Positions 10,540 through 23,600 of a DNA stretch of 45,562 bases are shown piece by piece; the first letter of the stretch is position 1; every line of letters begins with the position of its first letter. Origin of the DNA: Nemertoderma westbladi (lineage: Eukaryota; Animalia; Xenacoelomorpha); NCBI GenBank assembly GCA_032718475.1, contig JAUCBJ010005501.1, positions 1-45,562 of the forward strand. Reading direction: 5' to 3'. The translations under genes were made by a program, and so were the position numbers. The notes under the pieces are model-generated. The model was not told the origin of the DNA. It saw nothing but the letters and a program-made list of their open reading frames with translations, and did not search any database.

Positions 10540-11660
10540 TCTACCGTTAGAGGGCTAAATGTCTGAGAGTTAACATCTTCTCCAACTTTGTTATTTACAA
10601 TCCGTTTAGACTGAAACTTGGTAGGCATCTACTACAGCAAAGGCTGTATCTTTACTGAGTCGCAGAGTCGTCTACAATTCCCCAGTCTACCGCTAGAGGG
10701 CGAAATGTCTGAAAGTTAACATCTTCTCCAACTTTGTTATTTACAATCCGTTTAGACTGAAACTTGGTAGGCATCTACTACAGCAAAGGCTGTATCTTTA
10801 CTGAGTCGCAGAGTCGTCTACAATTCCCCAGTCTACCGTTAGAGGGCTAAATGTCTGAGAGTTAACATCTTCTCCAACTTTGTTATTTACAATCCGTTTA
10901 GACTGAAACTTGGTAGGCATCTACTACAGCAAAGGCTGTATCTTTACTGAGTCGCAGAGTCGTCTACAATTCCCCAGTCTACCGCTAGAGGGCGAAATGT
11001 CTGAGAGTTAACATCTTCTCCAACTTTGTTATTTACAATCCGTTTAGACTGAAACTTGGTAGGCATCTACTACAGCAAAGGCTGTATCTTTACTGAGTCA
11101 CAGAGTCGTCTACAATTCCCCAGTCTACCGCTAGAGGGCTAAATGTCTGAGAGTTAACATCTTCTCCAACTTTGTTATTTACAATCCGGTTAGACTGAAA
11201 CTTGGTAGGCATCTACTACAGCAAAGGCTGTATCTTTACTGAGTCGCAGAGTCGTCTACAATTCCCCAGTCTACCGCTAGAGGGCGAAATGTCTGAAAGT
11301 TAACATCTCCTCCAACTTTGTTATTTACAATCCTTTTAGACTGAAACTTGGTAGGCATCTACTATAGCATAGGCTATATCTTTGCGGAGTAGTAGAGTCA
11401 TCTACAGTTCCACAGTCAGCCGCTAGAGGGCGAATTGTCTGATAGTGAAAACCTCATCCCATTTGGTTCTTTTTAATCATTTTGAGCTGAAACTTGGTTG
11501 GTATCTACTACATCATAGGCTGTATCTTTACGGGGTTGCAGAATCCTATTCACTTCCCCAGTCTACCGCTAGAGGGTGAAATGTCTGAAAGTTAACATCT
11601 TCTCCAACTTGTTATTTACTAACGGTTAGACTGAAACTTGGTAGGCTTCTACTACAGCAT
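10540..11660. repeat. Example block of the Helitron-internal 146-bp satellite
   Basis: CTGAAACTTGGTAGG recurs at 10611, 10757 and 10903 (period 146). Similar blocks at ~13.3-14.4, 15.5-16.9, 18.7-20.0, 21.8-23.5, 24.6-25.7, 26.5-27.6 and 28.8-29.5 kb. Confidence 0.95.
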
Positions 11661-11692
11661 AGGCTGTACCTTTTCGGAGTCACAGAGTTCTA

Positions 11693-11750
11693 AGTGGTTA
11701 GCATAACTGAACGTTTTTCGGGAGACGCGGGTTCGATCCCCGCTGGTGGC
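11693..11750 (+). pseudogene. tRNA/SINE-head fragment inside the Helitron (also ~16953-17010 and ~20029-20086)
   Basis: AGTGGTTAGC...GCGGG-TTCGATC-CCCGC (perfect T-arm/B box); absent from other copies, e.g. GTTCTATACATTCCGTATC at ~25521. Confidence 0.75.
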
Positions 11751-12276
11751 AGTCCGTATCTGCCGCTAGAGGGCGAAATATCTGATAGTGAACACCTCAT
11801 CCCATTTGGTTCTTTTTAATCCTATTGAGCTGGAACTTGGCAGGAGTCTACTACAGCATATTCTGTATCTTTACGGAGTCCCAGAGTCGTCTACAGTTCT
11901 TCAGTCTACCGCTAGAGGGTGAAATGTCTGAATGTGAACATCTACACCAATTTTGTTATTTACAATCTGTTTAAGCTGAAACTTGAAAGGCAGGCATTTT
12001 ACTTCACCATAAACCCAATCTTTACCAAACTGCAGCGCCGTCTGCATTTCACCAGTCCGCAGGTAGAGGGTGGATCTGAAAGTGATCATTTTCTGGAAAT
12101 TTTGTTATTTACAATCTGCCTAAAGTTGAAACTTGACAGTTATCTCTTATGGGGGTGGTGTTTTATTTAATGATGGTGTCTGTTCCGTATGCAGTTCTCA
12201 AATCTCCCACACATATTCATATATCATCTGCACGTGCACTAGAAAGCTGTGGCCCGAAGGGCCACAGGCTTTCTAG

Positions 12277-14693
12277 TCTAATATATATAAATATCGATTG
12301 TCTGTCTGTCTGTCTGTCTGTTTGTCATCAGCTATACAATCGAACCCATCTCGATGAAATCTCGCTTGCTATAGCTCGTTAGAAAGGTCTCGCTCTAACT
12401 CGTTGCAACGTAATACTCAGAGTCGTCTGAAGTTCACCCGTCTGCCGCTAGAGGGCGATTTTCGTGATTTTCTAATATATATAAATATCGATTGTCTGTC
12501 TGTCTGTCTGTCTGTTTGTCATCAGCTATACAATCGAACCCATCTCGATGAAATCTCGCTTGCTATAGCTCGTTAGAAAGGTCTCGCTCTAACTCGTTGC
12601 AACGTAATACTCAGAGTCGTCTGAAGTTCACCCGTCTGCCGCTAGAGGGCGATTTTCGTGATTTTCGGGCGAAATTTATCGAATTATTTCGGTTCTTCTA
12701 TCGGTAATTAATTATTTAGAGGGCTAACATTTATCCCATCTGGTATAAAATTAACATGAGTAGATTCGCCGTGTCCCATTCTCACAAAGTTTTTATTTTA
12801 TTCGAGTGTTTAATATAAATATGTATGATTATTTATTGATTAAAAACCAAATAGTGTATAAATATGTCATATTCGCCAAGCACGATCGAATTGGCCTATT
12901 CTTAGTGCTGTAGTGAATATAGGGAAGGATTTTTTTCTGTATCATAGCAACGTTAAGGTAATTATTGAAATCGCAGCTAGCTGGGCACAGATAAGGAGCA
13001 AGCCAGGCTGTAGTGTTGATTGGGGTGGGTTTGGGTTGTCTGTTGCGAACTGCTCAAGTGTAATTCTGCTTTCTCAATCATTGGCTGCATGGAAGGAGAG
13101 GTTTATAACATTTTTGTTTTACTGTTATGAATATTAAAAGTAAAATAATTATTTCTGTAGGCCTATACTTACTGTATTATTATTTTATCTAATATTATAC
13201 ATCTAATCTCGATGAAATCTCGCTTACTATAGCTCGTTAGATAGGTCTTGCCCTAACTCGTTGCAACGTAATACTCAGAGCCGTCTGAAGTTTCCCCATC
13301 TGCCGCTAGAGGGCGAATTGTCCGATAGTGAAAACCTGATCTCATTGGGTTGTTTTTAATGCTTTTGAGCTGAAACTTGGTAGCTATATACTGCAGCATA
13401 GGCTGTATATTTCCGGAGTCACTGAGTTGTCCACAGTTCCCCAGTCTACCGTTAGAGGGCTAAATGTCTGAGAGTTATCATCTTCTCCAACTTTGTTATT
13501 TACAATCCGTTTAGACTGAAACTTGGTAGGCATCTACTACAGCATAGGCTGTATCTTTACTGAGTCGCAGAGTCGTCTACAATTCCCCAGTCTACCGCTA
13601 GAGGGCGAAATGTCTGAAAGTTAACATCTTCTCCAACTTTGTTATTTATAATCCATTTAGACTGAACTTGGTAGGCATCTACTACAGCATAGGCTATATC
13701 TTTACTGAGTCGCGCAGAGTTGTCTACATTACCCGCGTCTGCCGCTAGAGGGTGAAATGTATGAAAGTTAACATCTTCTCCAACTTTGTTATTTACAATC
13801 CTTTTAGACTGAAACTTGGTAGGCATCTACTATAGCATAGGCTATATCTTTGCGGAGTAGTAGAGTCGTCTACAGTTCCACAGTCAGCCGCTAGAGGGCG
13901 AATTGTCTGATAGTGAAAACCTCATCCCATTTGGTTCTTTTTAATCATTTTGAGCTGAAACTTGGTTGGTATCTACTACATCATAGGCTGTATCTTTACG
14001 GGGTTGCAGAATCCTATTCACTTCCCCAGTCTACCGCTAGAGGGTGAAATGTCTGAAAGTTAACATCTTCTACAACTTTGTTATTTACTAACGGTTTAGA
14101 CTGAAACTTGGTAGGCATCTACTACAGCATAGGCTGTACCTTTACGGAGTCACAGCGTTGTATACAGTCCCCCCATCTGCCGCTAGAGGGCGACATATCT
14201 GATAGTGAACACCTCATCCCATTTGGTTCTTTTTAATTCTATTGAGCTGGAACTTGGCAGGAATCTACTACAGCATATTCTGTATCTTTACGGAGTCCCA
14301 GAGTCGTCTACAGTTCTTCAATCTACCGCTAGAGGGTGAAATGTCTGAATGTGAACATCTACACCAATTTTGTTATTTACAATCTGTTTAAGCTGAAACT
14401 TGAAAGGCAGGCATTTTACTTCACCATAAACCCCATCTTTACCAAACTGCAGTGCCGTCTGCATTTCACCAGTCCGCAGGTAGAGGGTGGATCTGAAAGT
14501 GATCATTTTCTGGAAATTTTGTTATTTACAATCTGCCTAAAGTTGAAACTTGACAGTTATATCTTATGGGGGTGGTGTTTTATTTAATGATGGTGTCTAT
14601 TCCGTATGCAGTTCTCAAATCTCCCACACATATTCATATATCATCTGCATGTGCACTAGAAAGCTGTGGCCCGAAGGGCCACAGGCTTTCTAG
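12277..14693 (+). mobile_element. Helitron 5' fragment (12277-12470) plus unit 3 (12471-14693)
   Basis: Same doubled 5' end as the previous unit (offset 2251); hairpin-CTAG end. Confidence 0.88.
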
Positions 14694-17536
14694 TCTAATA
14701 TATATAAATATCGATTGTCTGTGTGTTTGTCATCGGCTATACAATCGAACCCATCTCGATGAAATCTCGCTTGCTATATCTCGTTAGAAAGGTCTCGCCC
14801 TAACTCGTTGCAACGTAATACTCAGAGCCGTCTGAAGTTCGCCCGTCTGTCGCTAGAGGGCGATTTTCGTGATTTTCGGGCGAAATTTATCGAATTATTT
14901 CGGTTCTTCTATCGGTAATTAATGATTTAGAGGGCTAACATTTATCCCACCTGGTATAAAATTAACATGGGTAGATTCGCCGTGTCCCATTCTCACAAAG
15001 TTTTTATTTTATTCGAGTGTTTAATATAAATATGTATGATTATTTATTGATTAAAAATCAAATAGTGTATAAATATGTCATATTCGCCAAGTAGGATCGA
15101 ATTGGCCTATATTATTGAATAGGGAAGGATTGTTTTCTGTATCATAGCAACGTTATGGTAATTATTGAACTCGCAGCTAGCTGGCTGGGCACAGATAAGG
15201 AGCAAGCAGGCTGGAGTGTTGATTGGGGTGGGTTTGGGTTGTCTGTTGCGAATTGCTCAGAGTAATTCTGCTTTCTCAATCATTGGCTGCATGGAAGGAG
15301 AGGTTTATAACATTTTTGTTTTACTGTTATGAATATTAAAAGTAAAATAATTATTTCTGTTGGCCTATACTTACTGTATTATTATTTTATCTAATATTAT
15401 ACATCTAATCTCGATGAAATCTCGCTTACTATAGCTCGTTAGATAGGTCTTGCCCTAACTTGTTGCAACGTAATACTCAGAGCCGTCTGAAGTTCCACCG
15501 TCTGCCGCTAGAGGGCGAATTGTTCGATACTGAAAACCTGATCTCATTGGGTTGTTTTTAATGCTTTTGAGCTGAAACTTGGTTGCTATATACTGCAGCA
15601 GCAGCATAGGCTGTATATTTCCGGAGTCACTGAGTTGTCCACAGTTCCCCAGTCTACCGTTAGAGGGCTAAATGTCTGAGAGTTAACATCTTCTCCAACT
15701 TTGTTATTTACAATCCGTTTAGACTGAAACTTGGTAGGCATCTACTACAGCAAAGGCTGTATCTTTACTGAGTCGCAGAGTCGTCTACAATTCCCCAGTC
15801 TACCGCTAGAGGGCGAAATGTCTGAAAGTTAACATCTTCTCCAACTTTGTTATTTACAATCCGTTTAGACTGAAACTTGGTAGGCATCTACTACAGCAAA
15901 GGCTGTATCTTTACTGAGTCGCAGAGTCGTCTACAATTCCCCAGTCTACCGCTAGAGGGCGAAATGTCTGAAAGTTAACATCTTCTCCAACTTTGTTATT
16001 TACAATCCGTTTAGACTGAAACTTGGTAGGCATCTACTACAGCAAAGGCTGTATCTTTACTGAGTCGCAGAGTCGTCTACAATTCCCCAGTCTACCGTTA
16101 GAGGGCTAAATGTCTGAGAGTCAACATCTTCTCCAACTTTGTTATTTACAATCCGTTTAGACTGAAACTTGGTAGGCATCTACTACAGCAAAGGCTGTAT
16201 CTTTACTGAGTCGCAGAGTCGTCTACAATTCCCCAGTCTACCGCTAGAGGGCGAAATGTCTGAGAGTTAACATCTTCTCCAACTTTGTTATTTACAATCC
16301 GTTTAGACTGAAACTTGGTAGGCATCTACTACAGCAAAGGCTGTATCTTTACTGAGTCACAGAGTCGTCTACAATTTCCCAGTCTACCGCTAGAGGGCTA
16401 AATGTCTGAGAGTTAACATCTTCTCCAACTTTGTTATTTACAATCCGTTTAGACTGAAACCTGGTAGGCATCTACTACAGCAAAGGCTGTATCTTTACTG
16501 AGTCGCAGAGTCGTCTACAATTCCCCAGTCTACCGCTAGAGGGCGAAATGTCTGAAAGTTAACATCTCCTCCAACTTTGTTATTTACAATCCTTTTAGAC
16601 TGAAACTTGGTAGGCATCTACTATAGCATAGGCTATATCTTTGCGGAGTAGTAGAGTCATCTACAGTTCCACAGTCAGCCGCTAGAGGGCGAATTGTCTG
16701 ATAGTGAAAACCTCATCCCATTTGGTTCTTTTTAATCATTTTGAGCTGAAACTTGGTTGGTATCTACTACATCATAGGCTGTATCTTTACGGGGTTGCAG
16801 AATCCTATTCACTTCCCCAGTCTACCGCTAGAGGGTGAAATGTCTGAAAGTTAACATCTTCTCCAACTTGTTATTTACTAACGGTTTAGACTGAAACTTG
16901 GTAGGCTTCTACTACAGCATAGGCTGTACCTTTTCGGAGTCACAGAGTTCTAAGTGGTTAGCATAACTGAACGTTTTTCGGGAGACGCGGGTTCGATCCC
17001 CGCTGGTGGCAGTCCGTATCTGCCGCTAGAGGGCGAAATATCTGATAGTGAACACCTCATCCCATTTGGTTCTTTTTAATCCTATTGAGCTGGAACTTGG
17101 CAGGAGTCTACTACAGCATATTCTGTATCTTTACGGAGTCCCAGAGTCGTCTACAGTTCTTCAGTCTACCGCTAGAGGGTGAAATGTCTGAATGTGAACA
17201 TCTACACCAATTTTGTTATTTACAATCTGTTTAAGCTGAAACTTGAAAGGCAGGCATTTTACTTCACCATAAACCCAATCTTTACCAAACTACAGCGCCG
17301 TCTGCATTTCACCAGTCCGCAGGTAGAGGGTGGATCTGAAAGTGATCATTTTCTGGAAATTTTGTTATTTACAATCTGCCTAAAGTTGAAACTTGACAGT
17401 TATCTCTTATGGGGGTGGTGTTTTATTTAATGATGGTGTCTGTTCCGTATGCAGTTCTCAAATCTCCCACACATATTCATATATCATCTGCACGTGCACT
17501 AGAAAGCTGTGGCCCGAAGGGCCACAGGCTTTCTAG
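14694..17536 (+). mobile_element. Helitron unit 4
   Basis: TC...CTAG with an expanded 146-bp array. Confidence 0.9.
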
Positions 17537-20500
17537 TCTAATATATATAAATATCGATTGTCTGTCTGTCTGTCTGTTTGTCATCGGCTATACAATCGAA
17601 CCCATCTCGATGAAATCTCGCTTGCTATAGCTCGTTAGAAAGGTCTCGCCCTAACTCGTTGCAACGTAATACTCAGAGTTGTCTGAAGTTCGCCCGTCTG
17701 CCGCTAGAGGGCGATTTTCGTGATTTTCGGGCGAAATTTATCGAATTATTTCGGTTCTTCTATCGGTAATTAATGATTTAGAGGGCTAACATTTATCCCA
17801 CCTGGTATAAAATTAACATGGGTAGATTCGCCGTGTCCCATTCTCACAAAGTTTTTATTTTATTCGAGTGTTTAATATAAATATGTATGCTTATTTATTG
17901 ATTAAAAATCAAATCTAATATATATAAATCTCGATTGTCTGTCTGTCTGTGTGTTTGTCATCGGCTATACAATCGAACCCATCTCGATGAAATCTCGCTT
18001 GCTATAGCTCGTTAGAAAGGTCTCGCTCTAACTCGTTGCAACATAATACTCAGACTCGTCTGAAGTTCACCCGTCTGCCGCTAGAGGGCGATTTTCGTGA
18101 TTTTCGGGCGAATTTAACGAATTATTTCGGTTCTTCTATCGGTAATTAATGATTTCGAGGGCTAACATTTATCCCACCTGGTATAAAATTAACATGGGTA
18201 GATTCGCCGTGTCCCATTCTCACAGAGTTTTTATTTTATTCGAGTGTTTAATATAAATATGTATGATTATTTATTGAGTAAAAATCAAATAGTGTATAAA
18301 TATGTCATAATCGCCAAGCACGATCGAATTGGCCTATTGCTATTGAATAGGGAAGGATTGTTTTCTGTATCATAGCAACGTTAAGTTAATTATTGAACTC
18401 GCAGCTAGCTGGCTGGGCACAGATAAGGAGCAAGCAGGCTGGAGTGTTGATTGGGGTGGGTTTGGGTTGTCTGTTGGGAATTGCTCAGAGTAGTTCTGCT
18501 TTCTCAATCATTGGCTGCATGGAAGGAGAGGTTTATAACATTTTTGTTTTACTGTTATGAATATTAAAAGTAAAATAATTATTTCTATAGGCCTATACTT
18601 ACTGTATTATTATTTTATCTAATATTATACATCTAATCTCGATGAAATCTCGCTTACTATAGCTCGTTCGATATGTTTCGCCCTATCTCGTTGCAACGTA
18701 ATACTCAGAGCCGTCTGAAGTTCCCCCGTCTGCCGCTAGGGGGCGAATTGTCCGATAGTGAAAACCTGATCTCATTGGGTTGTTTTTAATGCTTTTGAGC
18801 TGAAACTTGGTAGCTTTATACTGCAGCATAGGCTGTATATTTCCGGAGTCACTGAGTTGTCTACAGTTCCCCAGTCTACCGTTAGAGGGCTAAATGTCTG
18901 AGAGTTAACATCTTCTCCAACTTTGTTATTTACAATCCGTTTAGACTGAAACTTGGTAGGCATCTACTACAGCATAGGCTGTATCTTTACTAAGTCGCAG
19001 AGTCGTCTACAATTCCCCAGTCTACCGCTAGAGGGCGAAATGTCTGAAAGTTAACATTTTCTACAACTTTGTTATTTTTAATGCTTTTGAGCTGAAACTT
19101 GGTAGCTATATACTGCAGCCTAGGCTGTATATTTCCGGAGTCACTGAGTTGTCTACAGTTCCCCAGTCTACCGTTAGAGGGCTAAATGTCTGAGAGTTAA
19201 CATCTTCTCCAACTTTGTTATTTACAATCCGTTTAGACTGAAACTTGGTAGGCATCTACTACAGCATAGGCTGTATCTTTACTGAGTAGCTGAGTCGTCT
19301 ACAATTCCCCGGTCTACCGCTAGAGGGCGAAATGTCTGAAAGTTAACATCTTCTCCAACTTTGTTATTTTTAATGCTTTTGAGCTGAAACTTGGTAGCTA
19401 TATACTGCAGCATAGGCTGTATATTTCCGGAGTCACTGAGTCGTCTACAATTTCCCAGTCTACCGCTAGAGGGCTAAATGTCTGAGAGTTAACATCTTCT
19501 CCAACTTTGTTATTTACAATCCGTTTAGACTGAAACCTGGTAGGCATCTACTACAGCAAAGGCTGTATCTTTACTGAGTCGCAGAGTCGTCTACAATTCC
19601 CCAGTCTACCGCTAGAGGGCGAAATGTCTGAAAGTTAACATCTCCTCCAACTTTGTTATTTACAATCCTTTTAGACTGAAACTTGGTAGGCATCTACTAT
19701 AGCATAGGCTATATCTTTGCGGAGTAGTAGAGTCATCTACAGTTCCACAGTCAGCCGCTAGAGGGCGAATTGTCTGATAGTGAAAACCTCATCCCATTTG
19801 GTTCTTTTTAATCATTTTGAGCTGAAACTTGGTTGGTATCTACTACATCATAGGCTGTATCTTTACGGGGTTGCAGAATCCTATTCACTTCCCCAGTCTA
19901 CCGCTAGAGGGTGAAATGTCTGAAAGTTAACATCTTCTCCAACTTGTTATTTACTAACGGTTTAGACTGAAACTTGGTAGGCTTCTACTACAGCATAGGC
20001 TGTACCTTTTCGGAGTCACAGAGTTCTAAGTGGTTAGCATAACTGAACGTTTTTCGGGAGACGCGGGTTCGATCCCCGCTGGTGGCAGTCCGTATCTGCC
20101 GCTAGAGGGCGAAATATCTGATAGTGAACACCTCATCCCATTTGGTTCTTTTTAATCCTATTGAGCTGGAACTTGGCAGGAGTCTACTACAGCATATTCT
20201 GTATCTTTACGGAGTCCCAGAGTCGTCTACAGTTCTTCAGTCTACCGCTAGAGGGTGAAATGTCTGAATGTGAACATCTACACCAATTTTGTTATTTACA
20301 ATCTGTTTAAGCTGAAACTTGAAAGGCAGGCATTTTACTTCACCATAAACCCAATCTTTACCAAACTACAGCGCCGTCTGCATTTCACCAGTCCGCAGGT
20401 AGAGGGTGGATCTGAAAGTGATCATTTTCTGGAAATTTTGTTATTTACAATCTGCCTAAAGTTGAAACTTGACAGTTATCTCTTATGGGGGTGGTGTTTT

Positions 20501-20612
20501 ATTTAATGATGGTGTCTGTTCCGTATGCAGTTCTCAAATCTCCCACACATATTCATATATCATCTGCACGTGCACTAGAAAGCTGTGGCCCGAAGGGCCA
20601 CAGGCTTTCTAG
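17537..20612 (+). mobile_element. Helitron 5' fragment (17537-17913) plus unit 5 (17914-20612)
   Basis: Fragment breaks at AAATCAAA|, then a new TCTAATA start. Confidence 0.88.
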
Positions 20613-23600
20613 TCTATCTAATATATATAAATATCGATTGTCTGTCTGTCTGTCTGTTTGTCATCGGCTATACAATCGAACCCATCTCGATGAAATCTCG
20701 CTTGCTATAGCTCGTTAGAAAGGTCTCGCCCTAACTCGTTGCAACGTAATACTCAGAGTTGTCTGAAGTTCGCCCGTCTGCCGCTAGAGGGCGATTTTCG
20801 TGATTTTCGGGCGAAATTTATCGAATTATTTCGGTTCTTCTATCGGTAATTAATGATTTAGAGGGCTAACATTTATCCCACCTGGTATAAAATTAACATG
20901 GGTAGATTCGCCGTGTCCCATTCTCACAAAGTTTTTATTTTATTCGAGTGTTTAATATAAATATGTATGCTTATTTATTGATTAAAAATCAAATCTAATA
21001 TATATAAATATCGATTGTCTGTCTGTCTGTGTGTTTGTCATCGGCTATACAATCGAACCCATCTCGATGAAATCTCGCTTGCTATAGCTCGTTAGAAAGG
21101 TCTCGCTCTAACTCGTTGCAACGTAGTACTCAGACTCGTCTGAAGTTCACCCGTCTGCCGCTAGAGGGCGATTTTCGTGATTTTCGGGCGAATTTAACGA
21201 ATTATTTCGGTTCTTCTATCGGTAATTAATGATTTCGAGGGCTAACATTTATCCCACCTGGTATAAAATTAACATGGGTAGATTCGCCGTGTCCCATTCT
21301 CACAGAGTTTTTATTTTATTCGAGTGTTTAATATAAATATGTATGATTATTTATTGAGTAAAAATCAAATAGTGTATAAATATGTCATAATCGCCAAGCA
21401 CGATCGAATTGGCCTATTGCTATTGAATAGGGAAGGATTGTTTTCTGTATCATAGCAACGTTAAGTTAATTATTGAACTCGCAGCTAGCTGGCTGGGCAC
21501 AGATAAGGAGCAAGCAGGCTGGAGTGTTGATTGGGGTGGGTTTGGGTTGTCTGTTGGGAATTGCTCAGAGTAGTTCTGCTTTCTCAATCATTGGCTGCAT
21601 GGAAGGAGAGGTTTATAACATTTTTGTTTTACTGTTATGAATATTAAAAGTAAAATAATTATTTCTATAGGCCTATACTTACTGTATTATTATTTTATCT
21701 AATATTATACATCTAATCTCGATGAAATCTCGCTTACTATAGCTCGTTCGATATGTTTCGCCCTAACTCGTTGCAACGTAATACTCAGAGCCGTCTGAAG
21801 TTCCCCCGTCTGCCGCTAGGGGGCGAATTGTCCGATAGTGAAAACCTGATCTCATTGGGTTGTTTTTAATGCTTTTGAGCTGAAACTTGGTAGCTTTATA
21901 CTGCAGCATAGGCTGTATATTTCCGGAGTCACTGAGTTGTCTACAGTTCCCCAGTCTACCGTTAGAGGGCTAAATGTCTGAGAGTTAACATCTTCTCCAA
22001 CTTTGTTATTTACAATCCGTTTAGACTGAAACTTGGTAGGCATCTACTACAGCATAGGCTGTATCTTTACTAAGTCGCAGAGTCGTCTACAATTCCCCAG
22101 TCTACCGCTAGAGGGCGAAATGTCTGAAAGTTAACATTTTCTACAACTTTGTTATTTTTAATGCTTTTGAGCTGAAACTTGGTAGCTATATACTGCAGCC
22201 TAGGCTGTATATTTCCGGAGTCACTGAGTTGTCTACAGTTCCCCAGTCTACCGTTAGAGGGCTAAATGTCTGAGAGTTAACATCTTCTCCAACTTTGTTA
22301 TTTACAATCCGTTTAGACTGAAACTTGGTAGGCATCTACTACAGCATAGGCTGTATCTTTACTGAGTAGCTGAGTCGTCTACAATTCCCCGGTCTACCGC
22401 TAGAGGGCGAAATGTCTGAAAGTTAACATCTTCTCCAACTTTGTTATTTTTAATGCTTTTGAGCTGAAACTTGGTAGCTATATACTGCAGCATAGGCTGT
22501 ATATTTCCGGAGTCACTGAGTCGTCTACAATTCCCCAGTCTACCGCTAGAGGGCGAAATGTCTGAAAGTTAACATCTTCTCCAACTTTGTTATTTATAAT
22601 CCGTTTAGACTGAACTTGGTAGGCATCTACTACAGCATAGGCTATATCTTTACTGAGTCGCGCAGTGTTGTCTACAGTACCTGTGTCTGCCGCTAGAGGG
22701 CGAAATGTATGAAAGTTAACATCTTCTCCAACTTTGTTATTTACAATCCTTTTAGACTGAAACTTGGTAGGCATCTACTATAGCATAGGCTATATCTTTG
22801 CGGAGTTGTAGAGTCGTCTACAATTCCCCAGTCTACCGCTAGAGGGCGAAATGTCTGAAAGTTAACATCTTCTCCAACTTTGTTATTTTTAATGCTTTTG
22901 AGCTGAAACTTGGTAGCTATATACTGCAGCATAGGCTGTATATTTCCGGAGTCACTGATTTGTCTACAGTTCCCCAGTCTACCGTTAGAGGGCTAAATGT
23001 CTGAGAGTTAACATCTTCTCCAACTTTGTTATTTACAATCCGTTTAGACTGAAACTTGGTAGGCATCTACTACAGCATAGGCTGTATCTTTACTGAGTCG
23101 CAGAGTCGTCTACAATTCCCCAGTCTACCGCTAGAGGGCGAAATGTCTGAAAGTTAACATCTCTAGCTTTGTTATTTATAATCCATTTAGACTGAACTTG
23201 GTAGGCATCTACTACAGCATAGGCTATATCTTTACTGAGTCGCGCAGAGTTGTCTACATTACCTGCGTCTGCCGCTAGAGGGCGAAATGTATGAAAGTTA
23301 ACATCTCCTCCAACTTTGTTATTTACAATCCTTTTAGACTGAAACTTGGTAGGCATCTACTCTAGCATAGGCTATATCTTTGCGGAGTAGTAGAGACGTC
23401 TACAGTTCCACAGTCAGCCGCTAGAGGGCGAATTGTCTGATAGTGAAAACCTCATCCCATTTGGTTCTTTTTAATCTTTTTGAGCTAAAACTTGGCAGGT
23501 ATCTACTACATCATAGGCTGTATCTTTAGGGAGTTGCAGAGTCCTATACACTTCCCCAGTCTACTGTTATTTACTAACGGTTTAGACTGAAACTTGGTAG

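Larger units (their letters stand above)
10026..12276 (+). mobile_element. Helitron 5' fragment (10026-10219) plus unit 2 (10220-12276)
   Basis: Two successive TCTAATATATATAAA starts; lacks the AT-rich/GATA segment; expanded 146-bp repeats; hairpin-CTAG end. Confidence 0.88.
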
